DNA from: an uncultured Bifidobacteriaceae bacterium
GTDB lineage: Bacteria; Acidobacteriota; Vicinamibacteria; Vicinamibacterales; UBA2999
NCBI GenBank assembly: GCA_964372085.1
Contig: CAYJPQ010000001.1
Span: forward strand, 2,598-37,935
DNA length: 35,338 bases
Reading direction: 5' to 3'
Below the pieces are notes generated by a model that did not search any database, was not told where the DNA came from, and was given only the letters and a program-made list of their open reading frames with translations. The position numbers and the translations under genes were made by a program. Below, one piece after another: positions 22,828-30,722 of this stretch; the first letter of the stretch is position 1; each line of letters starts with the position of its first letter.

Positions 22828-23879
22828 AGCGTCGGCACCTCATGCGGTGCCTTGGGTGCCTGGCGTGCCTGGTGGGCCTCGGGGTGGGTGCCGGGCGCCT
22901 CGTGCTCGCTGCCGCGCAACCGCAACGTGGCATCACGGCCGCGCCGGTCGTCGCCCGGGTTTACGACCTCATCCTCGACGCTGATTTCGATCGACTGAAG
23001 GCGGGACTGCCGGCCGCCTGCGGGCCGGCGCCGCGTGCGGCCTGCCTGGGCCTGGAGGCGCTGTCGCTCTGGTGGCAGATCCAGATCGACCCCGACAGCC
23101 GCGCGCTCGACGCGGCGTTCCTCGACAAGACCAACCAGGCCATCGCCGAGGCCGAACGCTGGAGCCGGGCCGAGCCCGAGCGGGCCGAGGCCTGGTTCTA
23201 CGTGGGCGCCGCCTACGGCGTGCGGGCGCAGTGGAAGGTCCTGCGCCGGGAGCGGCTGTCGGCGGCCCGCGACGGCAAGCGCATCAAGACGGCGCTCGAG
23301 CGCGCGCTGGCCCTCGACCCCGCGATGCACGACGCCGAGTTCGGGGTGGGCCTCTACCGGTACTACGCCGACGTGGCCCCGGCCGCGCTGAAGTTCCTGC
23401 GGTGGCTGCTGCTGTTGCCGGGCGGCAACCGCGAGGAGGGCCTCGCGCAGCTCGAACGCGCCAGCCGGCAGGGCCAGTTGGTCGGCGGCGAGGCCGCCTA
23501 CCAGATGCACGTGTTGTACCTCTGGTACGAGGACCGGTCGCGCGACGCGCTGCAGATCGTGCGCGACCTGCAGGGCCGCTACCCCCACAATCCCCTGTTC
23601 CACCACATCGAGGCCGAGGTGCGCGACGTGTACTTCCACGACCACGCCGGCAGCCTGGCGGCCTCCGAGCGGCTGCTGGCGCTCGCGCAGGCCCGACAGG
23701 TGCACCGCGCCGACATCGCCGAGGTGCGCGCGCGCCTCAACATGGCCGCGCAGCTTGACGCCCTCGGCCGGCGCGACCGCGCCCTCGCCGAGCTCGACAC
23801 GATCATCGCGCAGCGGCCGGCGGCGCCCGCGGGAGCCCTGGCCCGCGCTCGGCAGATGCGCCAGCAGATAACGCGGTGA
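22824..23879 (+). CDS. Exported TPR-like protein
   Basis: ATGA overlap with the ddl stop, N-terminal signal-like segment, and AEAWFYVGAAYG and ALALDPAMHDAEFGVGLY TPR-like motifs. Confidence 0.8.
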
Positions 23880-23880
23880 G

Positions 23881-23934
23881 GCGGGTGCATCGGGTGCATC
23901 GGGTGCATCGGGTGCATCGGGTGCAGCGGGTGCA
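23881..23934 (+). repeat. Tandem array of 6 x 9-bp units (T/G)CGGGTGCA
   Basis: Begins 1 bp after TGA23879. Same family as 1776-1937, with an identical first unit GCGGGTGCA. Confidence 0.92.
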
Positions 23935-24043
23935 GCCCCGCGCCCCTATTGACGCGCGCGGCCGCGTCCGAAAGTCTCTCTTGAAGGTGTAGAGGGATGG
24001 GCGGCGCCAGGCGGTTGGTTTGACAACCACAAACGCTTTGTGC

Positions 24044-24071
24044 TTGACAACACAAATTTCTCATCCATAAT
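24044..24071 (+). promoter_or_regulatory. Near-consensus sigma70 promoter for the micro-ORF unit
   Basis: TTGACA-N16-CATAAT in an AT-rich island. A second TTGACA lies at 24020 and a CACAAA-N3-TTTGTG palindrome at 24028-24042. Confidence 0.72.
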
Positions 24072-24175
24072 CTACATCTGGTATGAGGGTGGAAGGCTCA
24101 GGCCACTGATTGTGAACACGTAAAAACAATCAGCGGTTGCCATCAGGCAGAGTCACCCCCCATCAGGAGAGAACA

Positions 24176-24226
24176 ATGGCGAAGAAGGCAAAGAAGGCGG
24201 CGAAGAAGAAGGCCAAGAAGCGCTAG
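24176..24226 (+). CDS. 16-aa Lys/Ala-rich micropeptide MAKKAKKAAKKKAKKR
   Basis: SD AGGAG at 24165-24169, 6 nt before the ATG. A paralogous ORF lies 241 bp downstream. Below the ORF-track cutoff. Confidence 0.72.
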   Translation: MAKKAKKAAKKKAKKR

Positions 24227-24236
24227 GCCGCTTACA

Positions 24237-24270
24237 GGGGCGGTTCCTCAAAAAACTGCCCCACCCTTTT
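24237..24270 (+). terminator. Weak or partial terminator hairpin after micro-ORF 1
   Basis: GGGGCGGTT-N8-AACTGCCCC followed by ACCCTTTT (displaced U-tract). Confidence 0.45.
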
Positions 24271-24416
24271 CACCAGCAGATGGCGCGCCCGTTCCGGGCG
24301 CGCACCAAGGCGCGAGGAACGCCGGCACGCACGGAGCCGAGTGCCAGGCGGCAGGAGCTCAGACGTGGAGCGGCGAGTTCTTCCGCATAACCCAACCTGA
24401 AGGGGGGGATAGACCG

Positions 24417-24464
24417 ATGGCCAAGAAAGCAAAGAAGGCGGCGAAGAAGGCGAAGAAGCGCTAG
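24417..24464 (+). CDS. 15-aa Lys/Ala-rich micropeptide MAKKAKKAAKKAKKR
   Basis: Purine-rich SD AAGGGGGGGA about 7 nt before the ATG. Differs from copy 1 only by three synonymous changes and one missing AAG codon. Confidence 0.7.
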   Translation: MAKKAKKAAKKAKKR

Positions 24465-24484
24465 GCTTCATCAGCCAGAAGATT

Positions 24485-24517
24485 AAAGAGGGGGCGACAA
24501 CGTTCGCCCCCTTTTTT
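24485..24517. terminator. Intrinsic terminator closing the micro-ORF unit (probably bidirectional)
   Basis: AGGGGGCGA-CAACGT-TCGCCCCCT plus TTTTT. The A-rich 5' flank could serve the convergent cyclophilin gene. Confidence 0.85.
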
Positions 24518-24526
24518 AATGCCCGC

Positions 24527-26608
24527 CTACTGGCCGATCCAGTTGACGCCGTCCCACACGCGGATGCGCACGATGGTGTCCCACTGCGAGAGCCGGTCCA
24601 CGACGTCCATCCCCGACACCACCTGGCCGAACACGGTGTAGCGGCCGTCGAGGTGGGGCTGCGGCGAGTGGGTGATGAAGAACTGGCTGCCGCCGGTGTC
24701 GGCCCAGTCGAGGGCCATCCCCACGGTGCCCCGCAGGTAGGGCCGCTGGTTGATCTCGTCGCGAATCGTGTAGCCGGGCCCGCCCTCGCCGTCGCCGCGC
24801 GGGTCGCCGTCCTGCACCACGAAGTCGGGCACCACCCGGTGCAGGCTCACGCCGTTGAAGTAGCCCTTGCGCGCCAGCGCGATGAAGTTGGCCACGGTGC
24901 GCGGCGCGTCGATCACCGCCAGCTCGAACTGCACCGTGCCCTTCGCCGTGTCGATATAGGCGGCCGGCGAATAGGGCGGCGCCACGAAGAGGTCCACCTC
25001 CGCCAGTTCGGGCAGCGCCGGCGCCGGCGCGGGGCGCATCGCCGAGGTGTCGGCGGCGGCGTCGATGCCGCGCAGCAGCTCTGCGGCCTTCAGGCGCACC
25101 GCCCAGTCCTTGTCGGCGAGCGCTGTGGCGAGCACGGGCTTCGCCCGCGCCGGATCCACCGCCGCCAGCGCCTCGAGCGCCGCCGCGCGCGCCACGTACA
25201 GCCCGTCGCTGGCCGCCCGCGTCACGGCGATCTCCAGCGCCTGCGCCGCGCCGGCCGGCCTGACCACGGCCAGGCCCCGGGCCGCCGCCGCCCGCACCAC
25301 CGGATCGTCACTCGCCAGCCGCTCGTGCAGCGCCGCCGCCGCGTTCGAGGCCCCCACCTTCGCCAGCGCCGCCAGCACCGACGGAATCACCCGCTGGTCG
25401 CCGTCGCGCAGCATGCTCGTCAGCGGCGCCTCGGCGCGCGCCTTCCCCATCTCGCCCACGGAGGTGGCCAGCGCCGCCCGCACCGACCAGTGCGGGTCGG
25501 GATCGAGCCCTGAGATGGCCGTCACGAACGTGTCCACGTCGGCCCGCATCAGCCCCGTCAGCGCCGCCGCCCGGATCGACGGCGACGGGGCCGACGCCAG
25601 GTCGATCAGCAGATCGACCGACCCGGCCGGGCGCAACGCGCCGAGCGCCGTGAGGGCCTCCAGCTGGAGGTTGGCCTCCACCTTCGGGGCGGTGACGATA
25701 CGCGTGAGAACGGCGCCAGCGCGGGCCTCCCCGAGCGCGGCCAGCGCGCGAATGGCCTGGATGCGGACTGCTTGCGGCTCGGCGGCGTCGCCGGCGATGG
25801 TGAGCATCGGCGCCGCGGCGCGCGGCTCCTTCAGTGCCGCGAGGCCCCGGGCCGCGAACGCGCGCGTCAGTTGTCCCTCGCCCTGCAGCAGCGCCAGCAG
25901 CACCGGCGCGGCCTTGGGGTCGCCAACCCGCTGGAAGGCGTAGGCCAGCGGCCACCAGCGGGTGCGCGGCTGGCCGGCGGAGTCGAGCAGGCTCGAGGCC
26001 AGCGCGTCGTAGCTGCCCAACCGCACCAGCGCGTAGGCGCCCAGCCGCACCGCCTCGAGGGCGGCGCTCTTCGGGTAGCCCATGTCGTCGGCGTCGAGGC
26101 CGTTCAGCGCGCCGGCGGCGATGTGTCCCGACATCATCGTGGCGATGGCCGTGGCCGCGGGCTTGTGCCCGACCTGCCCCAGGGCCTCGGCCGCGCGCGC
26201 ATGGACGATCGGGTCGGGGTCGGCCAGCGCGGCCAGCAACGGATCGGCGGCCGACGGGTGGCCGATGAGCCCCAGCGCGAACGCGGCCATCTGCCTCACT
26301 TCGGGATCGGCCTCGGTGGAGAGGAGCGCGCCGAGCGGCGCCACGCCCTCGGCCATGCGCACGCGGCCCAGCGCCAGGGCGGCCCGGCGCCTGACGCGGG
26401 CCTCGGGGTCCTGCAGCAGCGCCACCAGGTCCACGCCCCCCGCCCGCAAGTGGCGCTCGTCTTCAAGGCGCAGCAGGGCCCGCATCTTCTGCTCGTAGCC
26501 CGCCAGGGGCGCGGCGCCCGACACCTGGGGCGCGGCCTGGGGCCCGCACCCGGCGGCCGCGACCGCCGCCAGGAGCACGGCACAGACGCAACGCTCGAAT
26601 GGGATCAT
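24527..26608 (-). CDS. HEAT-repeat lipoprotein with a C-terminal cyclophilin-type peptidyl-prolyl isomerase domain
   Basis: ATG26608 overlaps the menC stop (ATGA). Lipobox-like AAG|C, multiple VRxxAAxALG HEAT repeats, and HRVVPDFVVQDGDP...GTVGMA...GGSQFFIT...HLDGRYTVFG. Confidence 0.92.
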   Translation of the reverse strand: MIPFERCVCAVLLAAVAAAGCGPQAAPQVSGAAPLAGYEQKMRALLRLEDERHLRAGGVDLVALLQDPEARVRRRAALALGRVRMAEGVAPLGALLSTEADPEVRQMAAFALGLIGHPSAADPLLAALADPDPIVHARAAEALGQVGHKPAATAIATMMSGHIAAGALNGLDADDMGYPKSAALEAVRLGAYALVRLGSYDALASSLLDSAGQPRTRWWPLAYAFQRVGDPKAAPVLLALLQGEGQLTRAFAARGLAALKEPRAAAPMLTIAGDAAEPQAVRIQAIRALAALGEARAGAVLTRIVTAPKVEANLQLEALTALGALRPAGSVDLLIDLASAPSPSIRAAALTGLMRADVDTFVTAISGLDPDPHWSVRAALATSVGEMGKARAEAPLTSMLRDGDQRVIPSVLAALAKVGASNAAAALHERLASDDPVVRAAAARGLAVVRPAGAAQALEIAVTRAASDGLYVARAAALEALAAVDPARAKPVLATALADKDWAVRLKAAELLRGIDAAADTSAMRPAPAPALPELAEVDLFVAPPYSPAAYIDTAKGTVQFELAVIDAPRTVANFIALARKGYFNGVSLHRVVPDFVVQDGDPRGDGEGGPGYTIRDEINQRPYLRGTVGMALDWADTGGSQFFITHSPQPHLDGRYTVFGQVVSGMDVVDRLSQWDTIVRIRVWDGVNWIGQ

Positions 26609-27708
26609 AGGCTGATGTGGCGCAGCGTCGCCTGCGCGATGCGGTCCCGTACGATGTTGACCCCGATGCCGGGGCCGTCTGGCACGGCGATGGTCCCGTC
26701 GGCAGCCACCTCGATGGCCGGCTCGATCAGGTCGGGCTGGTAGTACCGCTTGCTGGCCGCGATGTCGCCGGGCAGGCTGAAGTTGGGCAGGCTGGCCAGA
26801 TGGATGTTGTGCGCGCGGCCAATGCCGCTTTCGAGCATGCCGCCGTGCCACACGGGGATCCCGCTCGCGGCGCACAGGTCGTGCAGCTCGATGGACGCCT
26901 GGTGGCCGCCCACCCGACCCGGCTTGATGTTGATGATGCGGCAGGCCCTGGCGGCAATGGCGTCGCGCGCGATGCGCACGGTGTGGATCGACTCGTCCAG
27001 GCAGATGGGCGTCTTGATGGCCCGCTGCAACTCCGCATGATCCATCACATCGTCATAATCCAGCGGCTGCTCGATCATCATCAGGTTGTAGGGATCGAGC
27101 CGCGCGAGGTGGGCCGCGTCCGACAGGTGGTAGGCCGCGTTGGCGTCGACCATCAGCGGCACGGCGGGGTGCGTGGCGCGCACGCGCTCCACGGCCTCGA
27201 CGTCCCAGCCGGGCTTGATCTTGATCTTGATGCGCTGGTAGCCGGCGGCCAGCTCGCGATCCACCTTCTCCATCAACTGATCGAGCGAATCCTGGATGCC
27301 GATGGACACGCCCGACGCGATGCGGGGCCGGGTGCCGCCGAGCACACGCGACAGGGGTTGGCCGGCCAGGCGGGCGTACAGGTCCCACGCGGCCATCTCG
27401 ATCCCGGCCTTGGCCATGTTGTGGCCGCGCACGCGCGCCATCGCCGGGAACACCTCGCGGGGATGGCCGAACTCGCGCCCGATGACCAGCGGGGCCAGGA
27501 AGCCCGACACGATGTGCCAGACGGTTTCGGTGGTCTCGCTGCTGTAGTAGGGATTGGCCTCGGCCACCGACTCGCCCCAGCCTTCGTGGCCGCCGCCCTC
27601 GACGCGCACCAGCACGAAGGTGCGATCGTACGAGCGGCCGAAGCTGGTTTCGAAGAAGTGGACGAGGGGCAGCCGGCAGAGGAACAGCTCGACCTTGTCG
27701 ATTCGCAT
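26605..27708 (-). CDS. menC: o-Succinylbenzoate synthase / N-acyl(succinyl)amino-acid racemase (enolase superfamily)
   Basis: FETSFG, KIKIKPG, MVDANAAY, IEQP, LDESI, NIKPGRVGG and WHGGMLESGIGRA. Start trimmed to MRIDKVEL. Confidence 0.88.
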   Translation of the reverse strand: MRIDKVELFLCRLPLVHFFETSFGRSYDRTFVLVRVEGGGHEGWGESVAEANPYYSSETTETVWHIVSGFLAPLVIGREFGHPREVFPAMARVRGHNMAKAGIEMAAWDLYARLAGQPLSRVLGGTRPRIASGVSIGIQDSLDQLMEKVDRELAAGYQRIKIKIKPGWDVEAVERVRATHPAVPLMVDANAAYHLSDAAHLARLDPYNLMMIEQPLDYDDVMDHAELQRAIKTPICLDESIHTVRIARDAIAARACRIINIKPGRVGGHQASIELHDLCAASGIPVWHGGMLESGIGRAHNIHLASLPNFSLPGDIAASKRYYQPDLIEPAIEVAADGTIAVPDGPGIGVNIVRDRIAQATLRHISL

Positions 27709-27732
27709 GCGTGAACTATAGTAGCTCTCGCC

Positions 27733-28371
27733 GTGGCCTTTCACTATCTCGCCATTGAGGGCCCGATCGGGGCGGGCAAGACGCGGCTGGCCGAGCGGCT
27801 CGCCAGCCGCCTCGACGCCACCACGATCCTCGAGGACGCCGAGAACCCGTTCCTCGCCGAGTTCTACGCCGAACGGCCCGGGGCGGCGCTGCAGGCGCAG
27901 CTCTTCTACCTGCTCAACCGGCACCGCCAGCTCGCCAACCTCCGGCAGGCCGACCTCTTCCTGCAGGCGACAATCTGCGACTACGTCTTCGACAAGGACA
28001 AGATCTTCGCCTACCTGAACCTCGACGACAACGAGCTCTTCATCTACCAGCGCCTGTTCGACCTGCTGGCCAGGGACGTGCCGACGCCCGACCTGGTGGT
28101 GTACCTGCAGGCGCCCACCGACCTGCTGGTGCAGCGCCTGAAGGCGCGGGCCGCCGACCCCGACAATCCCCAGCCCTCGCCCGGCCCCGACTACCTGCGG
28201 GAGCTGAACGAGGCGTACCAGCACTTCTTCTTCCACTACACCGCCACGCCGCTCCTGGTGGTGGACACCTCCGAATTCGACCCCGAATCAGACGATGCAG
28301 CGCTCGACGAGCTGGTCAGGCAGATTCGGGGGATGGGCAAGGGGACGCGCTACTACGTGGCCAGGAAGTGA
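27733..28371 (+). CDS. Deoxynucleoside kinase (dCK/dGK family)
   Basis: P-loop IEGPIGAGKT, ENPFLAEFY, QLFYLLNR, PDLVVYLQA and YLRELNEAY. Confidence 0.92.
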   Translation: MAFHYLAIEGPIGAGKTRLAERLASRLDATTILEDAENPFLAEFYAERPGAALQAQLFYLLNRHRQLANLRQADLFLQATICDYVFDKDKIFAYLNLDDNELFIYQRLFDLLARDVPTPDLVVYLQAPTDLLVQRLKARAADPDNPQPSPGPDYLRELNEAYQHFFFHYTATPLLVVDTSEFDPESDDAALDELVRQIRGMGKGTRYYVARK

Positions 28372-28446
28372 GAAGTGGGAGGTGACAAGTGAGAAAGGAG
28401 GGAAAGTGGCCCAGGTTCTCACTTCTGACTTCTCACTTCCAACTTT
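28365..28446. repeat. Tandem-inverted heptamer array (GAAGTGA)n...(TCACTTC)n
   Basis: 4 forward and 4 inverted 7-mers, same family as 11754-11818. The first unit contains the kinase TGA stop. Confidence 0.88.
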
Positions 28447-28462
28447 GATAAGCTGATCGCCT

Positions 28463-29308
28463 ATGGCATGGTTCAAGAAGGCCCGCAAACCGATTGCGGC
28501 GCCCGAGAAGACCAGCCGCGTGCCCGAGGGGCTGTGGGTGAAGTGTCCGGAGTGCGACACCATCATCTACACCAAGGACCTCGTCAAGAACCTGCACGTC
28601 TGCCACAAGTGCGCGCACCACTTCCGGCTGAACGCCACCGAGCGGCTGAAGACGCTGTTCGACGACGAGACGTGGGAGGAGCTGGCGCCCAACCTGGTCT
28701 CGAACGACCCCCTGCAGTTCACCGACACCAAGCCGTACAAGGCGCGCCTGGCCGCGTCGAAGAAGTCGGTGGGCCAGAACGACGCGGTCATCGTGGGCGT
28801 GGGCCGCATCAACGGGGTCGACGCGGTCGTGGCGGCGATGGAGTACAGCTTCATCGGCGGATCGATGGGCGTGGTGGTGGGCGAGAAGATCGTGCGCGGC
28901 ATCGAGCTGGCGCTCGCCCGGCGCATCCCGATGGTGATTGTCTCGTGCTCGGGCGGCGCGCGCATGATGGAGGGCGCGCTGTCGCTGATGCAGATGGCGA
29001 AGATCTCGGCGGCGCTGGCCCGCCTCGACCGGGCGCGGCTGCCCTACGTGTCGATTCTCACCGACCCCACCACGGGCGGTGTCACCGCGAGCTTCGCGAT
29101 GCTCGGCGACCTCAACATCGCCGAGCCGAAGGCGCTCATCGGCTTTGCGGGCCCCCGCATCATCGAGCAGACCATCCGGCAGAAGCTGCCTGACGGCTTC
29201 CAGCGCAGCGAGTTCCTGGTGGAGCACGGCATGCTCGACCTGGTGGTGGACCGCCGCGAGATGAAGGCCACGCTCGGCAAGATGCTCGCGTTCATGGGTC
29301 GCAGATGA
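28463..29308 (+). CDS. accD: Acetyl-CoA carboxylase carboxyltransferase beta subunit
   Basis: PEGLWVKCPEC...VCHKC zinc finger, GGSMG, SGGARMMEG, PTTGGVTASFA, IGFAGPRII and FQRSEFL. Confidence 0.97.
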   Translation: MAWFKKARKPIAAPEKTSRVPEGLWVKCPECDTIIYTKDLVKNLHVCHKCAHHFRLNATERLKTLFDDETWEELAPNLVSNDPLQFTDTKPYKARLAASKKSVGQNDAVIVGVGRINGVDAVVAAMEYSFIGGSMGVVVGEKIVRGIELALARRIPMVIVSCSGGARMMEGALSLMQMAKISAALARLDRARLPYVSILTDPTTGGVTASFAMLGDLNIAEPKALIGFAGPRIIEQTIRQKLPDGFQRSEFLVEHGMLDLVVDRREMKATLGKMLAFMGRR

Positions 29309-29394
29309 CGCAGGGCCGCAGATGACGCAGATGACGCAGACCGGCCACCCCTGACCGGGCCCAGGACCTCAGGACCTCAAGACCTCAAGACCTC
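29300..29394 (+). repeat. Composite array: CGCAGATGA 9-mers (29300-29340), then 4 x 8-bp CA(G/A)GACCT (29362-29394)
   Basis: Read directly. The first 9-mer contains the accD TGA. Confidence 0.82.
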
Positions 29395-29411
29395 CCCGAC
29401 ACCCTTCCGCA

Positions 29412-30722
29412 ATGTCCCCCGTCGAACGGCTGTTCGCCCTCGAACAATTCGGCATCAAGCTCGGCCTCGACAACATCCGCGCGCTCCTGCAGGCGCTGGG
29501 CCATCCCGAGCGGGCCTTTCGATCCATCCACGTCGCGGGCACCAACGGCAAGGGGTCGGTCGCGGCCATGGTGGAGCGCGCCCTGCGCGCCGCCGGGGTG
29601 CGCACCGGCCGGTACACCTCCCCCCACCTCGACCGGATCGAGGAGCGCGTGGCCCTCGACGGCGTCCCGGTGGCGGCCAGCGCCTTCGGGTTGGCGGCCG
29701 CCCGGGTGATGGCGGCCATCGACGCCTCGCTCGACACGGGCGCGCTCGGCGTGACCCCGACGTTTTTCGAGGCGTCCACGGCCATCGCCTTCGACCTGTT
29801 CCGCGAGGCGCGCGTGGAGGCCGGCGTGGTGGAAGTGGGGCTGGGCGGCCGCTTCGACGCCACCAACGTGCTGGCGCCGGACGTGTCGGCCATCACGTCG
29901 ATTGCGCTCGACCACGAGCGCCACCTGGGCAGCACCCTTCGCGCCATCGCGTTCGAGAAGGCCGGCATCGCGCGCCGGGGCGTGCCGCTGGTGGTGGGGC
30001 GCGTGCCCGCCGACGCGGCCGCCGCCATCCGGCAGGCGGCCCTGGACGAGGGCGCGCCGATTGTCGAGGCGCACGGCGGCGTGACCGCCGGTGTCAGCCT
30101 CTCGGCGGGGCGGGCCACCCTGGCGCTGACCACGCCCGACCGCGCCTATCCGCCGATGCGCCTGGCGCTGCTCGGGCGGCACCAGGCCGACAACGCGGTG
30201 GTGGCCGTCCGCGTGCTGGAACAGTGGTCGCACCGCGCGGCGGCGCTTTCTCCGGCAGCCATCGCCGCCGGGATCGAGGAATGCGAGTGGCCGGGCCGGC
30301 TCGAGTGGCTCCAGTTGCCGGACGGACGCCGGGTGCTGCTGGACGCGGCGCACAACCCGGCCGGGGCGCTGGCGCTCTCCGGCTACCTGGAGGACGCGGG
30401 CCTGGCGCCGCTGCCGATCGTGATGGCGGTGATGGCCGACAAGGACCTGGCCGGGATGGTGATGCCGCTCGTGCCGCTGGCGTCACGCTTTGTGGCCACC
30501 ACCGTGCCGCATGCCCGGGCGCGATCGGCGGACGACCTGGCGCGCGATCTGGCCGCGCTCGCCCCCGGCGTGCCCGTGGCCGCGGTCGCGTCGGCCGACG
30601 CCGCGGTGGCCGAGGCGCTGGCCGCGGGCCCGGCCGCAGTGGCGGCCGGATCGATCTTCCTCATCGGCCCCCTGCGCGCGCGCCTGATCGCTCGGGGCGC
30701 GTGTTATTCTCGACTCCCGTGA
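29412..30722 (+). CDS. folC: Folylpolyglutamate synthase / dihydrofolate synthase
   Basis: HVAGTNGKGS, YTSPHL, TFFE, EVGLGGRFDATN, AFEKAGI, WPGRLE and LDAAHNPAG, in the accD-folC order. Confidence 0.95.
   Translation: MSPVERLFALEQFGIKLGLDNIRALLQALGHPERAFRSIHVAGTNGKGSVAAMVERALRAAGVRTGRYTSPHLDRIEERVALDGVPVAASAFGLAAARVMAAIDASLDTGALGVTPTFFEASTAIAFDLFREARVEAGVVEVGLGGRFDATNVLAPDVSAITSIALDHERHLGSTLRAIAFEKAGIARRGVPLVVGRVPADAAAAIRQAALDEGAPIVEAHGGVTAGVSLSAGRATLALTTPDRAYPPMRLALLGRHQADNAVVAVRVLEQWSHRAAALSPAAIAAGIEECEWPGRLEWLQLPDGRRVLLDAAHNPAGALALSGYLEDAGLAPLPIVMAVMADKDLAGMVMPLVPLASRFVATTVPHARARSADDLARDLAALAPGVPVAAVASADAAVAEALAAGPAAVAAGSIFLIGPLRARLIARGACYSRLP

Noticed and set aside
24069-24084. AATCTACATCTGGTAT as an NrdR box
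   Set aside because: Only a single imperfect match. NrdR boxes are usually tandem and upstream of nrd genes, so the support is too weak.
24232-24471. 79-aa minus-strand ORF over the micropeptide locus
   Set aside because: Ser/Pro-rich antisense read of the Lys/Ala codons. Promoter, SDs and terminator all point to the plus strand.
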